From assembly GCA_051294375.1 (NCBI GenBank), contig CM119265.1, positions 18,064,454 to 18,128,453 on the forward strand: a stretch of DNA of 64,000 nt. The letters are read 5' to 3'. The notes beneath the pieces are model-generated. The model was given only the letters and a program-made list of their open reading frames with translations, was not told the DNA's origin and did no database searches. The position numbers and the translations under genes were made by a program. This document shows positions 13,115 through 27,679 of this stretch, one piece after another. The first letter of the stretch is position 1. Every line of letters begins with the position of its first letter. Source of the stretch: Paraspadella gotoi (lineage: Eukaryota > Animalia > Chaetognatha).

Positions 13115-15552
13115 CTGGGGCGAGACGGGGAGAGACGGGGCGAGACGAAGCACTGGCTAACGTTAACATGGAAATTTAGTCACATCTTTCTACAATCTAC
13201 ATCTAGTTCATATTCAGCCATTTTAATATTCTTTTCATGCGATTAAATACAGTAATTTTATTTCCATGTCAAGTTTCTTGTTACTACTTTTGTACACTCA
13301 GTTATCAGCAGCATGCAATCACCCTTTACCGGTTAGCAAGTAGGTTCAGCCATGTGATGCCACCTTGTATGTATGTATTATACACGACACCCAACCATAA
13401 ACGACGCCCCCTCGTAAAAATACGTCACGGAAGGACCTTGCTCCGGAGAAAGCGAAGCCGCAAGGATTTCCCCTAACTAACGCTAGAAGAATGACACCGC
13501 GCCCATAAGCGACGCCGGCCCCCAAAGCGCCTGTCCTAAAGCAGCGCCGGTGGTAAAGCGGCGCCGGCCGTGGAACGCCGTCGGGGGAAAACCTCGCAGG
13601 AAAGAATCGGTTCACAACCGAAGACCCAACAAATTTATCTTCGAAGGAGAAAAAAAAATATCGTTTTAAGGTCACGTGACTTTACGTCAAAATTTTCGTG
13701 ATTTATACAATTTTAAAGGAGGAGACAGAGAGGGAAAAGGGAAAGAGAGAGAAAGGGAGTGAAAATAGAAGTCGTGAAATAGGAAAAGGAGACCGGCCAG
13801 AAAGACAGAAAAAGAAAACAGAGATAGTAAAAGTGGAAAGAGAATAGGGAGAGAAGGAAAGTTTATGGGGTAAACGTGGGGAAGAAAGATTTGCCAGAGA
13901 GAAAGTGATGCGGGGATGAGAGGACACAATGGAAGAAATTGCGAGGGTAAAGAAAAAGGTAAAGAGTTGGAGGAGATGGAGAGAAATTCCAAGGAAAAAA
14001 GAAGGAAAGTGAAGAATTTATTCATAATATTTTTTTAGCCTATGAACTATTAATTTTACACCTTAACTTGCGAAGATAAAAAAAAGTTACAAGTCACTTT
14101 CAGCGAGGCGAGGTGAAAAAGTCGGAACTTTGTTTAAATGTAAAATTATCTAATTTTTGCCTTCATTTGTATGCCATGTTGGGTAACGTTTCGACTTAAA
14201 CAATAATTTAAAACCGGATTTTCGAAGACACCATTTATGAAAAAAATATATGTTAAAATGAAAAACTTACCTGTTTTAATCCAGACAGAAGTTCAAAAGA
14301 AAAAGAAAAGGAATAACGAGAACATTTAACTTTTAGTCGTGAATTAATAAGAAAAACCTGCGAAAGTAAAGGATATTAAGTTTTAATTTAACTAGCTTTT
14401 TATCCATCTTCCATTGACATCTCTCATCTCTCATCTGCCTCTCCGCATCTCCAGTTTTTAAGATTGCCACGATTCGGCCTACATCAACGCCACCCCCACC
14501 TTTACCGCTCCAAGCTGGGGACGACTGGGGGCGTCGCTAAATATCTTCCCGGGTCCCAAGTTCCCGCCTCACAACTTAGAGACGTTTCTTCTATCCCTAG
14601 GGGGGGCGTATCTGTCTTTGAATCACCTCTGCCTCGTGAGAAATGAGAGGAGAGTCACTTCGGCCCAACAGGGAAGCCAACGCACTTGCTGTCAAATACG
14701 TATTACCCTTCACTCCTGCTCGTTTTTAGTTGCGCCGTTTAAGTTTCAAGACGGTTCATCGCCGATGGCATCGATGGCACGTGACAACGTAGAAACACGG
14801 TCAAGCGACCAAAAAGTAAATGCCGCATATTTGTTTAATATTTGTTTGTTTCCCTTAATACTTAGGAGAAGTAATAAACCCTAAGCTGCTCCTTGTTCAT
14901 ATGTTTCATAGTTATGTAGTCAAGTGATCATCCAAAAATGTGTGCTCATCTGATAGTCACTGCGGCGCAACCGTTGGTTTGCGAGAATCTCTTGAGCAAC
15001 ATCTCACATCCCTTTTTGTCTCCTTCACACTCCCGCCCCTACTCAATCTGGAACCTCGAGACGGGGAATAAATGAGTCAATCGACTCGCCTCCTTCCACT
15101 TTAGAGAAGGTGGGCGCGGTTGTGGCCCGATGGCCCCGATATCTCGATCGATAGAAGAAATCGTTTCGTGCTCAATGCTTAAAATCTCGTTTACATATTG
15201 TGATTCGTAAATAACGAGCTCAGTTGATTTGAACAACTGTAGTTTCGTGAGAGTAAAAAACTCATCAACTAAATAATTTTTATGTTCCTACTCTCAGCAT
15301 CAGAGTAAGCAGCTCCAGGGTAGGAGCGATATATATTTTGATATGGGAACTGGGAACAGAAAGAAATGTTTAGGAATGTTATATATCAGTTTAGAAAAAG
15401 AAGGCGCCAAAGAATTCGATCGAAATCTCTCCCTTTTTATTTTTTCATTAGTGCAATTTTTCTTGCTCAATACTCATCGTTTAATCGTTTAATCTTCTTA
15501 TTGTCTTAATTGTCAAATTGTCTCTTTTATTTCAGAAAAAAAAAAAAAGATA

Positions 15553-15823
15553 TTTTTTCGTGGAATTATTTTAGAATTTATGATTAAACTACGATAAATT
15601 CTTGTATAAATTGTCATAACTCATAAGCTGTGTAAAAATAGTTTTTACAATTTATTTATTTATTTATAAAATAGTTATTTATTTGTAAAAATAGTTTTTA
15701 CAATTTATTTATTTATTTATTTATTTTTTCGTGGAATTATTTTAGAATTTATGATTAAACTACGATAAATTCTTGTATAAATTGTCATAACTCATAAGCT
15801 GTGTAAAAATAGTTTTTACAATT
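15553..15823. repeat. ~100-bp direct duplication containing the palindrome tgtaaaaa-tag-tttttaca
   Basis: ~15553-15652 recurs at ~15724-15823. The palindromic core occurs three times. Confidence 0.85.
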
Positions 15824-18800
15824 TGGTGCTGCGATTTCGACTGATACCGTAAAAGAATATATATATTACATTGTTGTATATATGTCTTATGTGATCATCA
15901 TAATTCATGACTTATGACGACATATGTACGTAAAATTACGTCACATAAAAATATTTCTCTCTCGTTTTTTTCTGGTTTAATAGTACTAGCTTCATTGCTG
16001 ATAACAACAGATTAAACTTAATTGTATGTAATTTGTCGTTTATTGTTTATACAAATCGACGACGTAAACTCGCTGTAAATCTTAAACCCACTTCGTTCTC
16101 CCACCAACCCTTCTCCTTCGCCTCATCTTCAGGTTCTCCCCCGAGAGAACGTCCCGCAAAGTGACGCGCCTTTTGTCCTCCTTACCTCCATCCCTCGAGA
16201 GCACGGGGTGGGATGGGAGAATGAGAGGGTGAGTGCGTGGGTGAGTTAAGCTTTTTCTTCTCTTCGGGTCCGTAAATCTCCTTGTTTTGACGCGGCTCGA
16301 TTTATGAGGTGGAGGGACATCGGCGACTCCGGAAGAAGCCGGGAAAAAAAGGCCGGAAATTCGTGAGAGAAACGCTGGAAAAGGAAACCTGCCGGGAGAG
16401 AGAGAGAGAGAGAGAGAGAGAGCTACCTCCGAGCAAAGAACGCTAGCAACAGGGCGTCTTTTTGCTTGGGGTTTGGCAGGGTTCTTTTGATAAGGACCAT
16501 CAAGGCTGGATAAGTGGGTTAATCAGACCAGCGAAGGATGGGTAAGGCGTTGTGGACCTAAATTGCGGTATGAGACGACCAACCACCTCGCGTCTTACCA
16601 AAAGTTTAAAAGGAAAGGGTCACCGTGGAAAGGGTAAGGCTGAGGCCGAGGGAAATCGATTAATTTCCCGCCAAAAGACAAGTGGAACGTAAAAAAGTAA
16701 AAGGGATAAGAGAAGCGGTTAGAAGGGAACGTATAAACCAAAAAGAGCACGGTAACAACGGATAGAAAAATATGAAATAGAGAAATGAGAGACCTCAGTC
16801 CTAAAAAATAAGTTTAAAGATATTTATAAACCGATTGACAAAAGATTGAAGGAATTGTTAAATGTTCTATCAAAAAAACATTTTTTTAAAAAAACCCTTG
16901 AGAAACATTGATTCACGAGAAAAAATATATTTATTGTACTCCCAATTTTGTAAGAAATATTTCAAACTAGTTGCGTAAACACTTTCATTTTGTTTTTCTT
17001 TTTGGTTGTTTTTGTTTGTAATTGTGATGCAAAGTTTATCCAAGCAATTGGCAGATCTTCAAACATTTACTAATTCCACACAAACAGTGTGCCATAAATT
17101 TAGTAGAAAAAGACGTTCCAAAGAAATACATATCACGTCGTATCCGATATCGATTTCGCAACTAAAGAAAAGAAATTCCAGGTAAAAAGTTTTATTATTA
17201 TTTTATCTCACCTATGATGATCGGAACTCGGCGTCGATGCATCATCGCATCGCCGTAATCGCATTTTCGAATCGAAAATCTGATTTATATCGAAGAAGCG
17301 AAGTTTGGAGGTCAAATTCGACGTGAAATATTTGGAATTCATGAAACTATTGGTCGATTGTGACTTTCAATAATTTAAAAGTTATCACCTCGTTTTAAAC
17401 GTCCGAGTTTGTTGCAACCGAGACGCGAAGAAAAACAGAAACGCTTAATCACCGAATTTCCGCTCGATTCGTCGCTACGAAAAAAAAAGCGCCGGCTTCT
17501 CGAAACGTTGGGCGTTTTTCCGTCGTCTCGGCGTCACGGGCGTCGTTCGTGGTCGCCATGGAGACGCGCGTTATTTTTCGGACGACGGGGTCCCGCTCTC
17601 TCTGCCCATCGGAGAATGACGTTATCCTTCGTTCGGCCTTCGAAGACGACGGCGCCGGCGTCGGCTTCGTCTAGGACGGGCGACGGTTTCAAGGCGGAGA
17701 GGCCACTCCCTTTTGTCCCATTTTCGGACCGTCACACCCACCGTCGCGTCTTCGTTACGGGGCGGTCGTCGTCGGGGTCTTCGTCATCGTCATCGATGGA
17801 AATGGATAAAAGAAGAAGAATTTCAAGGACTGAGAAGTGAGAAGGGTTAATACTGGAAATACCTTGGCATGAATTTTTATCGGTGACAACGACGACGACG
17901 ACGACGACGACGACGAAAAAACTCGGACGTCCGAGGTAGAACACGACGACGTTGCGGAAACTCGGTTTACGATGTTTTTTTTTTGTTCGAAATCGCCGAT
18001 ACAAGAGAGGCGCGCCCAGAAACGCTGGCCGCGTCGGATAATATGAATCCAGAACCGTCAGGGGAAACGGAGCGGCATCGGGCGGATCTCTCCCGGCGCC
18101 GGATGACGTATTTAGGGTTACGAGTTATGGCGGCGGTGGCGGTGGCGGCGGTGGCGTATACTATAGAGGAGGTTATTGAAAAAGAGTAGCGTGATGGAGG
18201 CGAGAGTGGTAAAAGGGTAGTGGGGTGACGACGGAAGTCGACTTGTGAAGGAAACGCGACCCAAATGGAGTTGAGTTGATTCTGTTTATGTCTCGTCCGT
18301 CGAAGAAGAAAAACACATTTAATACACAAATTGAAGTCCTAATCCTACGAAATTTTAGGGAAAGAATTTTAGGTGAAGGTTAGTATAAAAAAAGCGTATA
18401 TTATGAAATACAACAACGACAAAGTTACCCCGAGCAGATCCCGGAAGAGAGAAAATGAGAACAGTTTTCAATATAATACGTGACAAAAGCAAAAATTGAT
18501 TTTTTTTAATTTTAGAGGTGGAATACAGGGTCGACGAAGAAAAGAAGTTATATGCTCTTAATTTTATCTTATTGATGTGATTAAATGATTGATAGCTTTA
18601 TTTGCTACAGCGAAAAAGAATCGACATTCACAGCTAAATTTTCGCCTCTGGATTGAATAAAAAGAATAATTTACGAACGCCCTAGTTTAAATATTGCGAA
18701 TGAAGCGAAAAAAGGCAGCCCGTAAAACGAGAACGGACGAATATGAAAAAAAGGGGAAAAATGGACAAAAAATAAAATCCGAGGATGAAAGAATCAAATG

Positions 18801-18953
18801 GATAAAAAGTCGTCATCGACGCAACTAAAAAGACTTCGTCTCTCAAAAAGTCGATGGAAGCAAAAAAAAAAAAGGAAGAGAAGAAGACAAAAAACACAAA
18901 TAACTGTCATTATTATCTCTCTTCCCAGCGTGTTAGAGAGAGAGGAGAGAGAG

Positions 18954-19026
<73 letters not shown>

Positions 19027-19736
19027 CGAGCCTTTGAAACGGGAACATCTTCGAATCGATAAACTCCAGGGTCTCCGTTGCCACCCTTCCACTAGCCCCA
19101 ACCGAAGGAAACCTTTGCCTACTTAATTCACCCACTTCCTTCTCACCTTCACCACCACCATTACCCACCTTAACTTTTCCGCTACACCGCTCCCTTTCGC
19201 CCACCTCCCGAAAAGTCGAGAGAAAGGATTTTGACGGTTGCGCCAGAGATTTCTTCTTCTTTATCTTTGGAAAAGCGAGAATAATCTGCCCAGTGCCCAC
19301 TCCAAGCGATTCGATTTCGAGCGCGGAGGAATACGTAGTAGGTATTGAACGAGTAAAACGGAACTACTTTTTTCCCCTTCTTTTAATCAATTCTATCACA
19401 AAATTACGGATTTGTAAATATTTTCAACTGTTTTATGTCTTCATCATCCGTTTCAAAAACTTTAAAATACACTCCCAAACTCTTCCAGATGAACTCTTTG
19501 CTTTAATTATATTAAATTACAAAATTAAAAAAAATTGCGGGTGCAAAAACAAAAGAAATTAAGCGATGGGTTATTAAGAGGAATTCTTTAATTTTCCAAG
19601 CTGAATGGACAAAAACCAAGTGCGGCGGGCTAATTAAATTGGATTTTTAAGAATTAGAATCTTTGATGTTGCAAGATAAAGAATAAACATTTTTATGAAG
19701 AAACAAATACCAATGAACAGCGGAGGGAGATGGAGA

Positions 19737-19827
<91 letters not shown>

Positions 19828-20941
19828 GTAGAGAGGCTCTTAATTCGAAACCAACAAGGATTCATTTTACTAACAGTATTTTTTGTTTTTCATTCATATT
19901 TTTCTCCTTCCCATTCTTAAAGAATTATTCGTTCTTAATTTTTCGTTTCGATCCAGAATAAAGAAGTTAACTGCCACGCATGCGCACTCATGTGAAACAG
20001 CTGTGAAACGTGTGCAAGTTTACACACGATTCACATGAGAGATCACGTTCAATGGCGAGCGCGGTTTACAGTTTTAAATTTTGACAGTTTGAGTCGTTTT
20101 TTTCCTGTCGTGTTGTTCGGACTGTTTTCTTCGAAGATTGTTTGCAGCGTCTCCGTCGCATCATATCCGGTCGGATGACGTCACTTTCGGTCAATGACGG
20201 CGGTAAACAGTCCGCGGATGTTGTTGTTGCCCATCTAAAGATTTGGCAAAAGAATTTTGGGGCCGTTTAGTCTTCCATAAATACTTTTCTCTTTCCTTAA
20301 TGCGAGTTTTAAATTTTGAAAGCCGTAAAAAATCGTTTTATAAAAATCTATTTACGTAAATGCGTCAATATTTAAAACCGGAAATGTAGACGTCGACCAT
20401 CAGAATCACCAGTGAAGCTTCCCTCCATTTCCTCCGCCGATGGTCGTCTTGAGTCGGTGATTTTCACCGGTGAGACTGCGGTGGAAGGTGAGGGTCATTG
20501 ATGGTTTGGAAAGGTGAGACGGTGGCGGCGGGTGGTGGGAGAAGATGGAACCGTTTGTCCCTCGATGTGATGCGTCCTCACGACCGTCGGATCCGTGAGT
20601 GGCAGCTTTCTCACGTTGTCGTCAACTAAGGAACCAATCAGAGTTCGAAAGGAAGAACCAACTGCCCAATCGCGGGTTTCCGTCTTCAATAGGAAGACAA
20701 AAAAAAAGTTTTATTTTTAATCTTTTGACTTTTGGAGGAGAATGAAGATGGAGAAACGGGTAAGAAGGAGTGAAGAAGAAAAAAATAAGGGTAAGGATCG
20801 GAAAAGTAAGTCGGGATTGATATTTATTGAAAAATACCGTCCAGGATAAAAGAAGGAGCCAACTAAGAATTATTAAGAGACATTCACCAAATTAACCACC
20901 ATGTGTCTTATGCGACATAGAGAGGGAGAGATAAGAGGGGG

Positions 20942-21027
<86 letters not shown>

Positions 21028-21444
21028 CATCGGTTCTCGGAAGCTACGGAAGGTAAATGTCAAAGGAGAGGGAGTTTTCAATCTCGTCTCCGTCTCGCGA
21101 TCGCCGTCGCGGATTCTCTCAACTGACACTGTGCGGCGGTGGCGGCGGTGGCGGCGGTGGCGGCGGTGGCGGCGGTGGCGGCGGTGGCGGCTGCGGCCGA
21201 GTAAGTAACAAATTGGGAACTCGATCTACATCGACACAAAGAGAGAAAGTTGTACAATTCTGTTGCCATGTTATCTCGCCCTCTCTCTATCTCTGTCTCT
21301 TTCTCTCTCTCACTCTCTCAGTCTAACCTCTCACTATTTTTCTGAATAAAAACAAAACAGAAAAAGATAACCTCTAGCGATGTTTTCTTCCCATCGAGAG
21401 TCTAAAATCAATGACCTTTTCATCGATTGTCAAACACACACACA

Positions 21445-21530
<86 letters not shown>

Positions 21531-21774
21531 TCTCTCTCTCTCTTTTTATCTCATTCCTCTTTTATTGTTAATCATGATTAACTGTTGATTAAATCAGATA
21601 TACGTAGAATGATGATAATCTGTAAACTGTAAGAAAGAACCCAAAAAGTTAGCCTAACGCACAAAACCCTCATTTCACTTCATAAGAAGACGTGACGGAG
21701 GGTACATTATTACGATCCTCCCTCCTCGCCACGCCCTCCGCCCCACGCCCTCCCCCCTATATCCTTTGACTCAC

Positions 21775-21892
21775 CGGGTCTCTCTTCGTCGTCATCCCTC
21801 CTGCTCTTCCTTTGTTCCCTCGGACGAGTCTGCGGGGGGGCGCGCGCGGCCATGCCACCGCCCCGCCCCCCGGACGTAAGGGCGGCGCTCAT
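21775..21892 (-). CDS. Alternative first coding exon MSAALTSGGRGGGMAARAPPQTRPREQRKSRRDDDEERP
   Basis: aacATG start, 39 codons plus 1 nt, consensus G|gtgagt donor (phase 1). Shares RAPPQTRPR with the 27529-27679 exon through synonymous codons only. Confidence 0.65.
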
Positions 21893-22560
21893 GTTCGCCG
21901 GCGGCGGCGCTGGCGGCGTAGCCAGTCTCGATCCTCTCGTCGCCAACGCATCCTCTTTTCTCGATCGGAGGATTGAAAAACCCGGCGAAGTCGTCGAAAG
22001 TTTGGTTGTTTTTTTTTCTTCGCCGGAAAATCACAATATCCCAAAACTGTTGTTGCTCTTTTATTTATTTTATTTTTTTTTTTCAAATTTTCGCGGCGTC
22101 GTCCGCCATTTTGGGTCTAGTCGATTCGTCGATTCGCGCGGGGCGGGGTGCGTTTTTCTCCTGTACTTAATATAATATCCTTGCACGATGTTTATAAAAA
22201 TTGTCGGCGAAAGATTAGATATGAAATCCGTCGCGTCTCCGAAACAAGTGAAATCGACCAATCAGAACGCGACGTGGATCGCAACATGAAAAATTTAACG
22301 TCGGTAATTTGAGAATAAAAATTTGAAAGCCTATCCGAAAGGGTAAGTGACGATAGTCCTATGTACAGCAAAGAATCGGCGAGGTAAGGCTTGAAGCGAA
22401 GTAGACGAAAAATACTCCCCCAATATGGCGACAAATAAAACACAAAAAAAAAACTGGGAAGAGAGAGAGAGCGAGAAAGACAGTCGGAGAGAGACAGAGA
22501 GAGAAATTCCGTTTTTTCGCCCGTTATCGATATTGATATCGCATTGCGATGCAACTAAGG

Positions 22561-22644
<84 letters not shown>

Positions 22645-23319
22645 GTCGTCCCGGTCCAAATATGACGGAGGGAAGCGTCGGTGTTTTTTCGTCCCCTTTG
22701 CTGACGCAGCAACAAGTCCCTCGGTCGCAAGGTTGTTAATTGAATCCTTCACCTTGGCCCGTACAGTCCGGCTCGCATATCAGTCTCTCTGTCGCTCGAA
22801 CAGTCGCAGCGAGGACCACGTGGCTCCAGACGACGTAAAGCCCAGTTTTTCTTTCTTTTTTTTTCTCTCTATTTTTTAAATGTCCTTTTGTCAGTCGCCA
22901 GTCCCGCGATTCAGCCTTTCGCCGTTAGAAGAAATAATTGCTTAGTGGCGTGACGTCAACGATGAAACTAAAACGATTTCCGCTGCGCATGCGGGTCACC
23001 ATGGAGATTACGACGCTAGAGTCACTTCACGGTACAGATTTGGCGCGAGGCTGATAGAAAACATTTTTTGTTTTGAGAATTCATGGTTTTTCTCGATTTC
23101 TTGATCGTTTGATTGTTTTGAGAATCTTGAAATTTTCGTCATCGAGAGAAGTCATAAAAAGTCGTCGAATCTTGATCATTCCCTCATAAAACAAAATTAC
23201 ATGATTACTTAAAATTATTTATTCGTAAGTAATGTAAATGGGAGATAACGAAACGAAGAAAAAAACTGATTAAGTACTCGGAATTCCAGCAACGTCAACC
23301 AGACGATCCGTCGCTTGGC

Positions 23320-23382
<63 letters not shown>

Positions 23383-24100
23383 GCCGAGCGTATTGACAAA
23401 CTCGTACTGACAAACGTTTTGACGTCGATGGGAATCGAGGAATCTTCTTTTTATCGCAGATATTTTGATATCGGCGTTATAAATATCAAGTCTCGAGAAC
23501 GAGGCAGGATAATGAATTGAACGATGAAACCGCTACAGTTTCCTTTTTCATTAAAATTATTAAAAAGTAAAATCAGGACTTGACAAGGCTTAAATTTCCT
23601 CGAATACAGAATAACAAGAAAACATTAGAGATGTTCGGGATGATTCATCGACGAGCTGTCCACACCCATCTCTATTCAGTCCATTTGGTTTGTTCTTTGT
23701 CATTTCTGACGCCTTTTGCCGACAGGCGTTTGTATGAATGCATGAATCTTTTTTCTTTATTCTCTCGACACGCGTTGCTTCGAGGCAGAAGGCGAATTTT
23801 TCAATCGAAGTCTCGAATTAAGTCTTTTTCGATTTTTTTTTTTTCATTAAACGATTTGTTCGCTTTTTTTTCTTCTTCTCCGTCGATCGGTCGACGGACG
23901 TTTTCTTGTCGGTTGTTTCGTTTCAGTAACGAATGAGGACTTTCTCGACCTCGCTTCATCGTCGTCATCGTCGTCGTCATCATCAACATCACCATCACGA
24001 TGAACCCGGTCGTTTTTGCCGTCGTGCCTTCGCTTTGTTTATCACGCGTCTCCATTATATCTTGATTTGCGAAAATTAAGATATTTAACAAGAGATGTAC

Positions 24101-24274
24101 GTGAAGCTGTGAAGGTTTGGCCGAATCGAACCACCGACTTTTCGACGGCTCTTGGGCAATGACGGAGCTCGTCCATTGAATCGCCTAGAAAGGTGTCGGT
24201 GAAGGATGTCGGCCAGGGATGTCGGGGAAGGACGCCGGGCGTCGGGCGTCGACCGAGCACGCGCTCAAAATTCT
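24101..24274 (-). CDS. Candidate internal exon (NFERVLGRRPTPGVLPRHPWPTSFTDTFLGDSMDELRHCPRAVEKSVVRFGQTFTAS)
   Basis: cag acceptor at 24275-24277 and an open phase-1 frame. The exon is 174 nt and symmetric if the weak C|gtacat donor is used. Confidence 0.3.
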
Positions 24275-24869
24275 CTGGCCGACGGTGAAATCAAACTGAT
24301 GCGTCGAATCCTTTATTTCGTTTATTATAATAAGGCCTTAGTATTAAAATAATTAAATTAATAATTAATATTAATATAATACAAATTTAAAAAAATATGA
24401 AACTTTCGAGAAGCAAACGTAGTATGTTCATCAAAAAATTGATTAAAACAATTTGAGATCCAATGACGTGCGACGTAAATAATCGAAGAAAAAGAAAAAA
24501 AAGCAGAAAATGAAAAAAAGTTATAATCATGAGCGAAAGAAAAGAAAATCCACGAACTAAATTTTCAATCGATGCTGCCAGTCACGATGTCTTTTCTTAC
24601 TTTCACGACTCACGGTCAAAAAGTGATTTTTGTCTCCGCTTTTGGCCGACAACTAAAGCGACGTGATCGCTGTTAGAGAAAATGCATCACGCAGAAACTT
24701 TTTTATTATTTTTTTTAACGTAAAAATCTTAAAAATTTTTTTTAAAAGATCAAATATAAAGTTGTATTTTAATGATGAAATGTTTTGCTTTCGTTTCAGG
24801 GACTTTTAAAAAATTTATGTATAAGTTATAAAAAGTTTTTTCGAAGCCTGTGACCAAACGATGATAGGG

Positions 24870-24930
<61 letters not shown>

Positions 24931-26446
24931 TCTTCAACGAGGTTATGCCTATGGGCGATAATCGCCCTGGGCATATGGCGCATCACGATTGGGACTAAAA
25001 AAATAATGAGTGATGATAGAAGAAAAGACCCAACGCAATGGATTCGGATGCATCGGGAGTGAAGGAGTGAGAATGGGGCGGATGAAGTGAAGGAGTGAAG
25101 GAGTGAAGGAGTTAGAATGGAGCGGATGAAACCAAGCCGCTAATTTCGCCAGGCGAGGTGTTGACATCAGGATCCGATCTCTCGGAATACAATCCGACTC
25201 TCGATTCTAACGAACTCGCCGATTCCTATTGAATACATTGAAAGACTCATTAAATAAAAAGTTTATGGCTTTTCTGGAGGGGGAAAATTTCGGCACTCCA
25301 TGACCTTTCATTTTGAAAAACAAAATCTCTGCGGTCCTCGTTCTTGAGAACCTCGTAACGAGAGATATCATTTTATGCGAAAGTCGTTGTACATTCGTTT
25401 CGTGAAATTTCGCCCAAAATTTGTCATCGTTAATTGATGTTCGCATTAATTGCAATGACCATCGACCGGCGACCCGATACTTTCGACGAGATATTTCAAG
25501 AATGAGAGAAACAAAGAGTCACGTGGTTGGCAGAATTCGGAACATCCAGGTGCGGCTGAAGTCGAACCGAGGGATTCGACCCAGGATAAATGGCCCAAGG
25601 TCAAGAAGGGTAACGGTAATCGGACGCGGGTCAGGCAGGCTAACGGGTGATCGTATGATCAGGTGATCGGATGATCAGGTGCGGCAAGGGGGTTTTCAAA
25701 CGGACATCACGACTCATCATCGCTCGTTCATCCAACTCGGTTGAGTCAAAACGAGGCGAGTTGCCCAATTAAGGTTTCGACGCATCGGGAGTAACTCGGA
25801 CGTTTGATATCGAAAAGTAAAAAATATTTTTTAAAATAAATACCGGGCCGGTCCGGGCTCTGTGCAAAAAAGAGAAGAGGAGGGGGGGGAGGTTGGTAAT
25901 GCGGCCACGTGCTTGGGGGGGGAATACGAGATCGAACGATCGAGCGATTTTTTTCCCTTTATTTTTATTTTATTGGTGAAAGGGTGAATCACTGAAGAAT
26001 AAAGATGTTTATTCCCGAAGCTTTGAATGCGTGATTGGCTAGGAAGTCACGAGCCTGTGAAATTGAAGATTCACCAATTCGTCGATAACGGAAACGAAAA
26101 TACGGAGATTGCAAACTTGTGAGATAAGGAATCGGTAACGATGTAAGTATTGCATGCGACTGTAACGTGATAGAAGTTACGAGCAAGTTGGGATTTCGAA
26201 CTGAAAATTATCAAATTGTATGTTATAAATGAGAATCACAACACCGTAAATAGATAAATTTAGTTGATAATTAGTAAACTAAAGATATGGTAGCTAAATT
26301 TTGTTTAAAGTATATCTGTGAATGTTCAGTATGAAATTTGTTTGAGTGTTCTTTCGCAAAGAGAGACTCGATCCTTTGATTCTTTTTTTGAAATATTCGC
26401 AACAATATTTTTATCTTAACTTAAGATCAGATAATAAGAAAATCCA

Positions 26447-26521
<75 letters not shown>

Positions 26522-26800
26522 AACTTAAGATCAGATATTAAAGAAACCATCCTCTCTCTCTCTCTCTCCTCTCTCTCTTCTCTCTCTCTGACGCCGATAA
26601 TTTCCCCTTGGCGAGAATTCCCAACTTACTATGATCGGAGAAATTCTAATCTCCACTACAGACATTTCGTACGTACAAGAGCATTTTACGTGTTTTAAAA
26701 ATTGACTTTGAGAGTAAAGTAAATTACTTGATTGCAGAGGTTAGATTATGAACATATTTTTTGACTAAATTTCTTTGACCTACTGATTATAAAAGAAAGA

Positions 26801-26833
<33 letters not shown>

Positions 26834-27528
26834 GCGTGGTGAATTATGCGTCAAAGGGCGGAGATGACGTTAAAGATCGACGTTGATGTCGACGTATCAC
26901 TTCAGCCGAGTCACCGTCGGTCGTCGAGGGAGTTCACCGGGCTAAAAGATCAGACAAAGAAGAACTTTCACATGAGGTTGTATGGCGTCAATCATAATGC
27001 TTATCACAATGACCATCATAATGCTGGATAAAAAGTCTCCAGTCCAGCTCTCGTCTTCGTTTAAAATTTTAAGATATCTTAAATTTTTGTGACTTGCATG
27101 AATCACCGCGAATCACCTTCTTTTCACTAAAATCACCGCGATTCACATCTATTTTCTACGAATCACCCCGATCGACCGAATTTTGAAACCTCCGAGAGCT
27201 CGTGAGAATTGGGTCAGAGAGAATCGTCAAATCACGAACGAAGACCGACAATTGCATAACAGTCGTCGTTGTTGTTGTAGTCAAAAAAGTGTTGCTCGCC
27301 GCTGTTTATTTTTGAAAACTGTGAAAACTATTTCCTTTGCTTTTCAAATTATATTTAATACAATAAAAAAAATAGAGTTTTTAACTTGCGCTCAAACCTC
27401 ATTAATAGATGTATCCAAAGTTGCAAACGTTGATGATGTTTTGGCAGAAATATTATGTCTGAGACTGAGTCAAATTTTCAGTTTTAAAAATTGATACCCA
27501 ACCTCCAGCCACCCTCCCTGTAACTCAC

Positions 27529-27679
27529 TTCTTCCCGGCGAGTGGCTCTGCGACCTGACGAACCTCTGCGCTCGCGGACTCACGGGGCTTCGCGGGCTGC
27601 GGGGTCGCGTTTGGGGCGGCGCCCTGCCACGCATCCCGCGTTCGCCGCTGCTGCTGAAGGTCGATGACAAGGCGCTCAT
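27529..27679 (-). CDS. Alternative first coding exon MSALSSTFSSSGERGMRGRAPPQTRPRSPRSPVSPRAQRFVRSQSHSPGR
   Basis: aggATG start, 50 codons plus 1 nt, A|gtgagt donor (phase 1). Paralogous motif with 21775-21892. Confidence 0.65.
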
